Part shown: positions 1 to 10,400 of the stretch, in pieces
How the letters are laid out: every line of letters begins with the position of its first letter
Numbering within the stretch: position 1 is the stretch's first letter
Origin: Ministeria vibrans ATCC 50519
Lineage: Eukaryota > Protista > Filasterea
Direction of reading: 5' to 3'
Assembly (NCBI GenBank): GCA_943704425.1
Contig: CALSCP010000713.1
Location: 1 to 58,903, forward strand
DNA length: 58,903 nt
The notes under the pieces: model-generated
The model's database searches: none
The model's input: the letters and a program-made list of their open reading frames with translations, nothing else
What the model was told of the DNA's origin: nothing
Made by a program: the position numbers and the translations under genes

Positions 1-83
<83 letters not shown>

Positions 84-92
84 GTTGCTCTC
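1..92. repeat. (TC)n microsatellite, inside an intron of the ankyrin gene
   Basis: Pure TC run 1-75, degenerate to ~92; follows the minus-strand donor at 98. Confidence 0.95.
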
Positions 93-98
93 TTGTAC

Positions 99-1128
99 CT
101 TCCGTCCGCATCTCTTCTTTGTACATCTGCACCATTTGCTATCAACAACTCCGCAATGCCAAAGTGGCCCTCGCTCACTGCACAGAGCAGGGCTGTCTGG
201 CCATTCTCATTCACGAAGTCCACATCCGCTACTTCCGTCTATGCAAAACATCTCAACGCCTCTCTGCGCATCTTCATCTGTTTCCTACTTGTAAAAGCTG
301 TTGTACGACGATCCGAAAGCCCCGCGCCGCAGCCGATTGCAGTGGCGTCCCATGGCGATTCACTGGAGAAGGAACAAAAACAGTTCACTCTTCGACTTAG
401 GAGCAGAACAATGCATCACCTGCGTTCACATCAGCCCCGTGCGAGAGTAGTTGTTCAATGACCGTTTCGTGACCTTTGTAGGCTGGAGGTGTTGAGGAGT
501 TTTCATTGGGTAAGCCAAAAACCGGGTCTTTTTCTTGAGTTTTTTCGTGGGTAACGTCGAAAAAAAGCGACAAAAAAAGATTACTTACCGGCCACGTGGA
601 GCGGCGTCCAGCCTTCAGCTGTTACAATATTGACATCGGCACCAAACTGAACAATGCGGAGGCAAAAATACGCAGGATACGACAGGTGAATTGTGGCGCG
701 TCGATTTCGGCAGACAAGTTCTCGACGGAGAATGTTCGTATGTGCGTGCCTACCTCAATGAGAAGCGGCACCATGTTGTCGCGACCCCATCGAGCGGCCA
801 TCAGTAAAGGCGTCACACCCGAGACGGTGCCGTTCACAATGGATGCGTCCTGCTGGACGAGCTGCTGCACCTGTGGGTCGTCGTTGCGCTTAATTGCCTT
901 CACCAGGCGTTCAAGGGAAGCCGTGGAGGAGCGCCCATCGTGCGCAACTGGCATTGCTGCTACTGTAAGTGTGTTGGGTGCGGCCAGTGCGGGTACAGGC
1001 GCACTAGTTGCGGCGTGGGACGCGGAATTGTCGTCGCCGGTTACATCCACCAAGAACGACTCTTCTCGTCCCTGTTCCGTCAAATCAACACCTTTCGACG
1101 TCCCCACCGCCACTTCTTCGTCAGACAT
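99..1128 (-). CDS. Ankyrin-repeat protein, multi-exon, 3' end outside window
   Basis: ATG 1128 (MSDEEVAVG). Spliced exons give GVTPLLMAARWG, FGADVNIVTAEGWTPLHVA, YKGHETVIEQLLSHGADVNA, HGTPLQSAAARG, NENGQTALLCAVSEGHFGIAELLIANGADV, with GT-AG introns. Confidence 0.85.
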
Positions 1129-1223
1129 TGGGCAGTGGTAATGCGCAAGTACCAAGTTACAATAGATTTACAACAGTAGAGAAAACTGAAATTGAAACAT
1201 TACATTTTCATTCAATTTATTGC

Positions 1224-2668
1224 ATGCGAATTCACTTTGTGCGCTGGCGCCCTCTTGTGGTGACACTTATTTGCGGCGCTATCGCGTTAAGTGCTGTCTC
1301 AAAAATGGCGCCCTCATATAATGAGTTGGAGCCGGCGCCAGTTCGCTTGCTGCCTCGTCTCGAACGGCGCCTGCCGGCTCCTTTGTCGGCAAGTGCACCG
1401 AGTACCCTTCTTGAGCCATCGCAAGTGGTTGAATCCAACGCGCCAAGCGCAAGAAGGCGAAGACAGTACGTCATGTCCGGCACCACGACCACAGACAACA
1501 CGTACACAACGCAACCCAGACTCAACGCACCTCCCACCGTCGCCGACGATATCATCCTCGCAACCAGCTCTAACTTGTACCTCTCTGTCATTGTACCTAT
1601 TCACAATCACGAGGGCATGATCGCTCGAGTGAGTATACTCAAAGAAGAAGGGAATTTGGCGCGACGCTCAATCACCGCTCAATTCCACCGGTAGGTTCTG
1701 CAGGGGCTTCTGGACACCATCGACACACCCCAGAGTGAGTCTGCGCTGGAAGGATACGGTTGGGAAATGATACTGGTATTTGACGGCTGCACTGACAACT
1801 CGGTGCGGCAGGCCATGACACTACTGCGGCGAGTGTGTCCGTCTCTGGCACAACACACGCGACCCGGCTGTCCATCGTCGCTCACGCGCATCCGCACCAT
1901 TGTCGAAAGCAACGACATGTTTGAAGCAACCGCGTGTAATGCAGCACTGGCACTGGCCCAGGGCACCTACGTGCTCCTTTCCCAAGACGATGTACGCGCG
2001 GTGTTTCAACTATTCTAAACAACTCTAACCCTACTCAAACCACTTAGATTGTGTTTCATGAATACGCATTCAACCGTATCATGGCGATTCCATTTGGCGA
2101 GTATGACGACGTGCTGGGTGTGACGGGCCACTGTGCAGACGATAATGGGCGTGGTGGTATTGACATGCACTTTATTGGACGGTGCGGGACGTTGGTCGAC
2201 GATCCACTGACGCGTCTGCTTAACCGCACGCAAGTGCTCTACGGCAATGCCATGACTCCCGCTGCGTTTCTCAGTGCCTTTCACGTGCGCGACTACGCGG
2301 CGCGCCCACTGCTTTTACACCGCGCACGCACCGAGCAGATGGGGCGGCTGGACGACACACACTTTGTACTGGGCGACGACGACTTTGACCTCGCGATCCG
2401 TGCCTATGCTGCCCACGAGTGGGTTGTGGGGCTCGTTGCCGTTGACTACACAATGCGCCTGCATGACGGTGCGCGTCGCCACGCGCGTCCTCCGGCCGTC
2501 GAGCAGCTGCTTGACGTACGTCGCCACCTTGCCCCCACACGTGACAGCTGGCTCGACCGCCTGCGCGGACGCACTCGCTTGCACTCTGAGTCGCGTCCAC
2601 TTGTGCACCGCGCGACCGCTTCGTCGCCCCTGCTTGCCCAACACCTGTCTTATTACAACTGTACATGA
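1224..2668 (+). CDS. Glycosyltransferase family 2 (GT-A fold), type II membrane protein; exons 1224-1628, 1695-1991, 2048-2668
   Basis: N-terminal hydrophobic anchor; LSVIVPIHN, EMILVFDGCTDNS, YVLLSQDD, GDDDFDLAIRA motifs; canonical introns keep frame. Confidence 0.8.
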
Positions 2669-2699
2669 TTGTGTTTGTATTGCATTACAATTGAGACTT

Positions 2700-4022
2700 T
2701 CACTTGAGACGGAAGCCACCGCCGCCCTCCATGAGCATGGTGCCGTGCGAATCAACAACGTGGAAGCCGGCGTCGTCATTGTCGTCATTGTCGTCGACGC
2801 GCTGGTCGCGAGCGTGTGCCTCTGCGTCGTGGTTGACGGGCGCGGGAGGCGGGCGAGCGGTGGTGGTGCGGGACTCGCCACGCGAGCGGGCGGGGAAGGT
2901 GGGAAAGTCGGCGGGCTCAAGGGGGCGGGGTGGGGTGAGAAAGTATGGGTGCTTGAGAGCATCGGCGGCCGTGATGCGGTGCTCGGGGTCGTAGGTGAGC
3001 AGAGCGTTGAGCAGGTGAAGGCCCGGCTGGGGTAGGTCGGGGAAGCGATTGTGCAGCTGGCTGTACGGGTACTGTTTGAAGGTGCACCGTTTGACGTGAG
3101 GCAGTTCAGACCAGCCCTTCCATATCTTCTCACTGGGCGTGCCGAGTTCCTTGAAAACCATGTTGATCATTTCGAGCTCGCCCTGCGCCGGCCACAGTGG
3201 CTTGCCTAGCATAAGCTCGGCAAAGATGCCGCCCACCGACCACATGTCGATGCCTGTCGAGTACGTCTTGGTACCCAAGAGTAGCTCGGGGGCACGGTAC
3301 CACAGGGTGACCACAAGTTGTGTCATGTCGTGCAAGGGACTGCCGTATTCGCGGGCCAGACCAAAATCGGCAACTTTGAGGACGCCATCGTCGGAGAGCA
3401 ACAGATTGGCGGGTTTCAGGTCGCGGTGAATCACCCAGTTGCTGTGCATGTGATCCATGGCACGTAGCAGTTGAATCATGAGACACTTGATCTCGCCCGT
3501 CGACAAAGGCCGTTGCATGGTCTCGACGAGAGCGCGCAGGTCGTGTGCGACAAACTCGAATACAATGAAAATGTCACCGAGACTCTGTCCCACGACAATC
3601 TCGTAGACAGCAACAATGTTGGCGTGAGGCACGCGCATGAGCGTCGAGATTTCGCGCAGGGAGGTGATGGGAAAGCCGTCGCGTTGCTTCTCCATCTTCA
3701 GCCGTTTCAGCGCCACCGCAATGTTTGTGCGTCGGTCGCGCGCACGAAACACCTCGCCGTACGCGCCCTCCTCGATGCGATTCATCATTTCATACGCCTC
3801 GTCCATGCGGCGACACCCGCCAATGGCCGGAATGTACTTTCGCTCGAGCGACGCACTCTGCGCCCGTCCGTCGTCTGCCCCGTCCTCCAGACGCTCTCGC
3901 TTTGCCTCCCGCTCAGCCCGACCCTCGCCATTGCCGTCGCAACCAGCCCGAGACCCGTCGCTGCTTCGGGCACTGCCCTCGCCGACGCCACTGTCGATGT
4001 CGTCGTGCGATCGCTTGGACAT
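2700..4022 (-). CDS. CDK11: Cyclin-dependent kinase 11 (PITSLRE kinase), intronless
   Basis: IEEGAYGEV, DGFPITSLREI, HRDLKPANLL, DFGLAREYGSP, VVTLWYRAPELLLG. Confidence 0.93.
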   Translation of the reverse strand: MSKRSHDDIDSGVGEGSARSSDGSRAGCDGNGEGRAEREAKRERLEDGADDGRAQSASLERKYIPAIGGCRRMDEAYEMMNRIEEGAYGEVFRARDRRTNIAVALKRLKMEKQRDGFPITSLREISTLMRVPHANIVAVYEIVVGQSLGDIFIVFEFVAHDLRALVETMQRPLSTGEIKCLMIQLLRAMDHMHSNWVIHRDLKPANLLLSDDGVLKVADFGLAREYGSPLHDMTQLVVTLWYRAPELLLGTKTYSTGIDMWSVGGIFAELMLGKPLWPAQGELEMINMVFKELGTPSEKIWKGWSELPHVKRCTFKQYPYSQLHNRFPDLPQPGLHLLNALLTYDPEHRITAADALKHPYFLTPPRPLEPADFPTFPARSRGESRTTTARPPPAPVNHDAEAHARDQRVDDNDDNDDAGFHVVDSHGTMLMEGGGGFRLK

Positions 4023-4263
4023 CAAGAGTCAAGACGAAGAAAAAAAAATAGATTTAGTCAAAGGATTTCTTTTTTCTATTGAAAAATGGATTAATCCTAA
4101 AGGAAAGCGCAAGGGAAACAGTTCAAACAGTGAGTTCACTCACTGAGTTGCTGTCTAGGCGACATGACTATAGACGTCGGGTCTTGCTGGTGTGAGAGGG
4201 GTTCTCTTCAAAAATTTCCTGAATAGATCATTAGAAGAATAGAAATCGATCTTTTTTATTGCT

Positions 4264-4282
4264 GCTTCCTTTCTTTGTAAGT
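4264..4282 (+). promoter_or_regulatory. Candidate pyrimidine (TOP/TCT-like) transcription start and non-coding first exon of RPS3
   Basis: cttcctttcttt directly followed by the donor gtaagt; pyrimidine starts are typical of ribosomal protein mRNAs. Confidence 0.4.
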
Positions 4283-4869
4283 GAATCGTCGTCACCAAAC
4301 TGACACCCGATGATGCATGCGTGTGTGTGCGTGTGTGTGCAGCCAGAGGCGTTCCTGCACTCTGTAGCTTCACTCTCCTCTCTCTCCAAAAAAAAAGTCG
4401 CTTACCAGAAGCGCGTGGCCTCCAAGCGCTGTGGGGTCTTGACCGTCTCTCTGGTCACGTCAAGTTCCATCTCCTGCCTGCGGCTCTTCTGCCCTTTGTC
4501 TCATGATGAGATGCAGGAGAGAAAAAAAAAAAAACGCGTGTGGAGCACTNNNNNNNNNNNNNNNNNNNNNNNNNNNNNNNNNNNNNNNNNNNNNNNNNNN
4601 NNNNNNNNNNNNNNNNNNNNNNNNNNNNNNNNNNNNNGGAGAGAAAAAAAAAAAAAAAACGCGTGTGGAGCACTGCGGTGCTTATCTGGCTTTTGGCGAG
4701 GTGTTGAAGGACGATGGGCCATTGCCAATGCCGTCCCATTGCCCGGCGCACCCTTTGCGTGTTTCCATTCCTTGAAATTTCTCGTTGTTCTTTTTTTTTT
4801 TTTTTTTTTTTTTTTGCCTCTCTCTTTCTCTCTCTCTGTACTCATTCTGGCTCTCGTTTGTGCTTGCAG

Positions 4870-5556
4870 GCTGTTGCCGATGGTGTTTTCTACGCCGAGC
4901 TCAACGAGTTCCTGACCCGCGAGCTTGCGGTCGACGGTTACTCCGGTGTTGAGGTGCGCGTTACGCCCAAGTGCACCGCCATTGTGATCCGCGCCACGCG
5001 CACCCAGAGCGTCCTTGGCGAGAAGGGCCGCCGCATTCGCGAGCTCACCGCCGTGGTGCAGAAGCGCTTCAACTTTGCCGACGGTGCCGTCGAGCTGTAC
5101 GCCGAGAAGGTTGCCAACCGTGGCCTGTGCGCCGTTGCACAGTGCGAGTCGCTGCGCTACAAGCTTCTCGGAGGCCTTGCGGTGCGCCGTGCCTGCTACG
5201 GTGTCGTCCGCTTTGTCATGGAGAGCGAGGCTAAGGGCTGCGAGGTCGTTGTCTCGGGCAAGCTGCGCGCTCAGCGTGCCAAGGCCATGAAGTTCGTCGA
5301 CGGATTCATGATCCACTCCGGTGACCCGGCACGTCACTTTGTTGACATTGCCGTGCGCCACGTCATGCTCCGTCAGGGCGTCATGGGCATCAAGGTCAAG
5401 ATCATGCTGCCGCACGACCCGCAGGGCAAGATGGGCCCCAAGAAGCCGCTCCCCGACAACATCGTTGTCGTCGAGCCCAAGGAGGAGGTTCACCCTGGCC
5501 CGCCCCGTGGCGTCAGCAAGGGCCCCAGCACCGACGCCCCTATCGCCGCCCAGTAG
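4870..5556 (+). CDS. RPS3: 40S ribosomal protein S3 (uS3), main exon; short first coding exon not cleanly found
   Basis: After acceptor ttgcag: [33 protein letters not shown]...[16 protein letters not shown]...GPKKPLPD. Confidence 0.97.
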   Translation, partial: AVADGVFYAELNEFLTRELAVDGYSGVEVRVTPKCTAIVIRATRTQSVLGEKGRRIRELTAVVQKRFNFADGAVELYAEKVANRGLCAVAQCESLRYKLLGGLAVRRACYGVVRFVMESEAKGCEVVVSGKLRAQRAKAMKFVDGFMIHSGDPARHFVDIAVRHVMLRQGVMGIKVKIMLPHDPQGKMGPKKPLPDNIVVVEPKEEVHPGPPRGVSKGPSTDAPIAAQ

Positions 5557-5709
5557 AGAATGTGTGTTCCAATCCCCCATCCTCTCCTTTCCCATCCTCT
5601 TTCTTTGTAAGCACTGAAAAAAAACCCCTTTTTCAAAAAAGAAGAAAGTTGGAAAGACATAGTAGTATTAATGATACAAACACGACGTAATATTATAATA
5701 ATTATGTGG

Positions 5710-6438
5710 TTAGCGCTTGCGCTCGCCCTTGACACAAGCCTGCTTTCGCTTCTCCTTAAGCATTTCCTGACGGGCCTTCTCCTTGGCACGTGCCTCCTTG
5801 TCCTGGTTGGCCTTGGCTGCTGATGCCTCCTTCTGCTGCCGCCGCTCCGCCTGCAACACATCGCGCACTCGCTCGCGATTCGAGTTGCGCATCAGATCCG
5901 CATCATCGCCACCACCACCACCACCGTTCCCCCCTCCTTTTCCCTCGTCGTCCGTGTCTTCGTACATGTAACGGGCGGCTACAACTGCACGCGTCTTGGC
6001 AAGCGCCTCCAACTCCAACTCGGTCTTGACTGGCGCCTTTTCCGTCGCCGCGGGTACAGCCGCTGCGCCCGCTTGCCGTGATGCTAGTACATCTGTTGCC
6101 GCTGGCGATGTGGCTGCATCGAAGAAGGTCGTGGTCACGGTGTGCTCCGCGTGTGTGTGTGTCGCACTCCATTTCGCAACAATCTCATCCATCAGTGTGG
6201 GCGGGACGCTCACGTCAGTCGCCGACTCCAGAAACTCCAGCACTGACTCTTTCTTCTCCTCGTCCGTCGAGTCGTCCATCTACGGCGGGGAGGACATTGA
6301 GCGCGAGGCAGTATGATGGAACTGAGACCCTACCTTGACAATCGATCCAACATACTCCACAACAGACTCGTCATCCAGCGACAGCTTCCCAAGTTCACTC
6401 GAGAGCCACTTGTCAAACTCTGCCTCGTTCTCCATCAT
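5710..6438 (-). CDS. CCDC43: CCDC43-like coiled-coil protein; exons 6438-6334, 6279-5710
   Basis: N-terminus EFDKWLSSELGKLSLDDESVVEYVGSIV, then DEEKKESVLEFL, LMRNSNRERV and C-terminal KRKQACVKGERKR. Confidence 0.8.
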
Positions 6439-7461
6439 AAAATCACTGGTGCTTTAAGAGTCTTTAAGTGAGTTAGTCATTCGTGAGTTCTATAAACTTT
6501 TTTCGCACAACTCAAGTAAGTCAAAAATAATTATTTTTAAAAAAATAAAAAAATATAATTTTTATTCATCCTTTCATCAATTCTCTCACCTCCATCTTTA
6601 CTGGTAGTTGCCCGATCATCGTTTCGCACGTCGGTTCCGCAGCAAATTGGTACGTTTTGCTTCTCTTCTCGTTTTTGGTTGTTCACGGGCCTCTCGTGCT
6701 CCTCCCTGAGCCTTCATCGTCACTACGCCACTCCTCAGCTCACTCGTGAGCCCACACCGCTCCTCTCCGCCTCCGTCGCTTGCGTTCGTTCAAACGAGGA
6801 ACATTGAACTTTTGTCTTTCGTGTCCTTTTCTCAAATGCCACCCTCATGCGCACTTCCGCCGCCCAGTCATCCTCACACGTTGTGTGCCACCATCCTATT
6901 GCCTTGTTATGTTCGTTTTTGTCCTATCTTCTAAGAATTCTGCAAAAGTGACATCGCTCGTTTTTTTTTTTTTTTTTTTTTTTTTTTTCTTTTGTTGGTT
7001 TGCACTCCCGCATTCCCTACGCCTCCGTGTGCACGCGGACGAGGCCATGGGCGACGTGGATTGAACGCTGCAACACCCTCAAGGGCGTACACAGCCTGAT
7101 ATCCTCCTCATTCGTCTTATTCTATCCCCTTTTTTTTTCTGCACTTGTCGTCTGTTCTCACTCGCTCTCTCCTATAAAAAACCCAACGACAACAAAGCGT
7201 TTCCTCTCTCTGACGGCCCCTCTGCCTCTGCTGCCTCGCCTCTGCCCTGCACACACCTGCCCTCCTCCCTCCCCCTCTCTCTCATCGTGCCGTCCTCCTC
7301 CTCGCTCTGCTTGTCCTTCTTATCTTGAGTGTTCTGTCAATCGCGATAAAAAAGAAGAATCGCTTCGTCAAAAAAAAAAAAAAAAAAAAAAAAAACACTA
7401 TCCTTTTCCCTCACCTTCTCTGCATCCTCTCATGGTCCCTTCCCTCGCTTAGAAGTTGGTC

Positions 7462-10400
7462 ATGGCGGATATTCAATGGAAGGAGAAGCTTGAGGAGATC
7501 AAGGAGAAGCAAAAGACGGTAGAGAGAGAGACAGAGACAGAGACACTCACACACTCACAAATTTTTTTTCCATCATACGAATTATTTTTCTTCTTTTGTA
7601 GGTGAAGGCGTTTGTGGGCGAACTGCTCAAGGAAGTTCGCAAGGCGAATGCCGAGCTGAACGACGAGGATGCGAAGCGCAAGGCGGACCGGGTGTTCAAG
7701 GCGTGGTTGCGTCGCGTGACGGGCGACGACGAGGACGAGTCGGGTCGCAAGATTGACGGCGAGTTCACGCGTTCGGACCAGGAGGAAGCGGCTCGCCACT
7801 TTATGGCGGCCCGCAAGCGTGCTGTTGACGCCGAGGACAAGCTGGCGCACATTCGCACACTCTTCACCGACAAGAAGACCATTCAGGCGGCGACGGGCAA
7901 GGCGGATGCGGACTCAGAAGAGATCTACGGTTGCATCTACGCCAACCCGAACAACTCGGCGGCACGTCGTGGCGCAGCCGGCGGTGAAGACGCCACCTAT
8001 ACGGCTCCCGACGAGTCCATCTATGCCAACCCCGCGGCCGGTCCCGGAAACGGCATTTACGCGGCGCCCGGTGCGGGCGGTGGGGCTGGTGGCGGCGGCG
8101 GTGACGAGGCCGTTTACGGCAACAACATGGATGGCAACGAGTACGCCGCGCCAGGAATGCTCATTGTGGGCGGCGGTGGTGCCATTTATGCGAACACATC
8201 GACAGATATCTACGGTGCCGGCGGCGGCGGCGGTGGTGGTGAGGCCATTTACGGCAACAACTTTGCCGGCGAGACCATTTATGGCATGGGAGGTGGCGCC
8301 GAGGCCATCTACGGCAACAATTACTCGGGCGAACAGATGTACGGCACGCCGCGTATCCCACAGCAGTACGAGGAGGCCATCTACGGGAACCGAGCCGACG
8401 GGGAGCAGATGTATGCGCCGCCCAAGCCTGGAAACGCCTATCAGGCCGACGAGGCCATCTACGGCAACCGTGGTGCCACTGGTGAACAAATGTACGCGCC
8501 GCCGCCCAGCCGCCGTCCGGGCGAGTACGAAGAGGAGGAGGAGGACGCCGTGTACGCCAACGGTATGTCACAAATGCCTGCCGAGTATGGCGTCATTGGT
8601 CACGGCGACGACGGCGAGCCCATCTACGGCAATGCACAAGGTCAGCTGTACGGCGTCATCTCGTATGCCGACGACGGCACTGCCATCTACGGTAACACGG
8701 GCGGACAGGTGTCGGGTCAGTATGGTGTTATTGGGTACGGCACGGACGGCGAGGCAATCTATGGCAATGCCTTCACGCAGCAGTACGGCGTGTTCAAGCC
8801 CAAGAAGAAGAAGCGCGGTGGAGGCGGTGACGCCGGCGGCGGCGCCTACGGAAACCGTGCGGGCGGTGGCGGTGGCGACGAGTACGCCGCTTTTGGTGGT
8901 GCCTACGGCAACGGATCGGGTCGTGGCGGCGGTGCCGAGTACGGTTCGGTTGGTGGCGATGCGTATGGGAACCGCGCGGGCGGCGGCGGTGGTGCCGAGT
9001 ACGGTCAATTTGGTGGGGACGCCTATGGGAACCGTGGCGGACGCGGCGGTGGCGGTGCCGAGTACGCCGCGTCGGGCGTGTACAACAACCGATTGGCGGG
9101 CGGCGGTGGTGACAGCGAGTACGCTGCCCTGGGCGCCCCAGGCTATGGCAATGCAGCGGGCGGCGGCGGTGGCGGCGACTATGGTGCATTTGGCGGTGGC
9201 GGTGCCGGCGGCATCTACGGCAACACGGGCAAGCAGCGCAGCCAGTACCAAGCCGGCAACTTCCAGCCTTCGACGGGCGAGGAGATTTACGCGGCGGTCC
9301 AGCAAAAGATTGGTGACTCGATTGCGGACGTGCGCAGCGACTATGCCGAGGCGGGCGGCAAGTTTGATCCGTCCGCCGACGGCTTTGGCGTCAACGGGCG
9401 TCGCCTCAAGACAGTCAGTGTGTACACCAAGGAGCGTCGTCGCAAGGATGTCACCGAGGTGTCGGGCTACCTGCTGAAGCAGAGCGAGAACAAGCGTGGC
9501 TGGAAGCGACGATGGTTCGTCCTCGAGGACGGCATGCTCATGTACTTTCACGAGAAGGAAGACGTCGGCAAGGTGCCGCCGGCGGCGACACTGCCCGTGC
9601 ACCAGATCACGCGTGTCATGAAGACCGACAACGCCAAGCAGCTGTTTACCTTTGAGGTGCAGACACCCCGTCGTCCCTTTATTCTTGCCGGCGAGACGTC
9701 CGACTCGATGAAAACGTGGATAAAATCGCTGCAGAACATCATGAAGCGTTCGGCGGGCGACGAAGAGATGGTGCACGACGCGCAGGGTGTTGCCATTTCG
9801 GGCTGGCTCACCAAGGTGAAGGCAGGTCGCGCCAAACGTCGCTTTTTTGTGCTTCTCTCGCGCGTTCTCTACTACTACCGCTCGCCCAAGGACCGAATCC
9901 CTCTGGCGGAAATCTACCTTATGGACACCAACATTGAGGATGTGCCTGAAGACGACTCGAGCGAGGAGGACGTGAGCGACATCGAGGCGGACGTACCCGG
10001 CGACGCGCTCGCCACGCCCCACGGCCATCTTGGCAAGAAGAACTCGGGGGGCTCGTCCATGCCCAAGGCGTCGACGGCCGGTATGCCCAAGGCGTCGATG
10101 GCCGGCATGCCCGGCACATCGGTGGCCGGTCTTCCGGGCAATGGTGCGTCGCAGCTGTTGCGCTACGGCAACGACAACTACAACGAGGGATTCTACTGCT
10201 TTGGCCTCAAGACGCGCTACGCCAACTACTTTATGCAGGCGGACACGAGCGAACAGAAGGAGAAGTGGATGTTCTTCATTGTGCAGACGGGCACGGGTAG
10301 TCAGTTGTACTTGCGCACTGAGACGGAGCGCATTGTGGCGGCGCTGGCGAACCGCGGTCACCGCATCGACGACCCGCTCCTCGAGCGCACCGTCGTCTCC

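Noticed and set aside
4516-4674. Direct repeat ggagag(A)n cgcgtgtggagcact on both sides of the N gap
   Set aside because: Unmerged contig overlap differing in homopolymer length; an assembly artefact. The 10-N gaps at 13211 and 25319 sit in poly-C/G runs and are likewise artefacts.
4430-4780. Possible snoRNA in the RPS3 intron (ATGATGA box C-like, hairpins)
   Set aside because: No matching D box with a terminal stem or recognisable guide, and the region is gapped.
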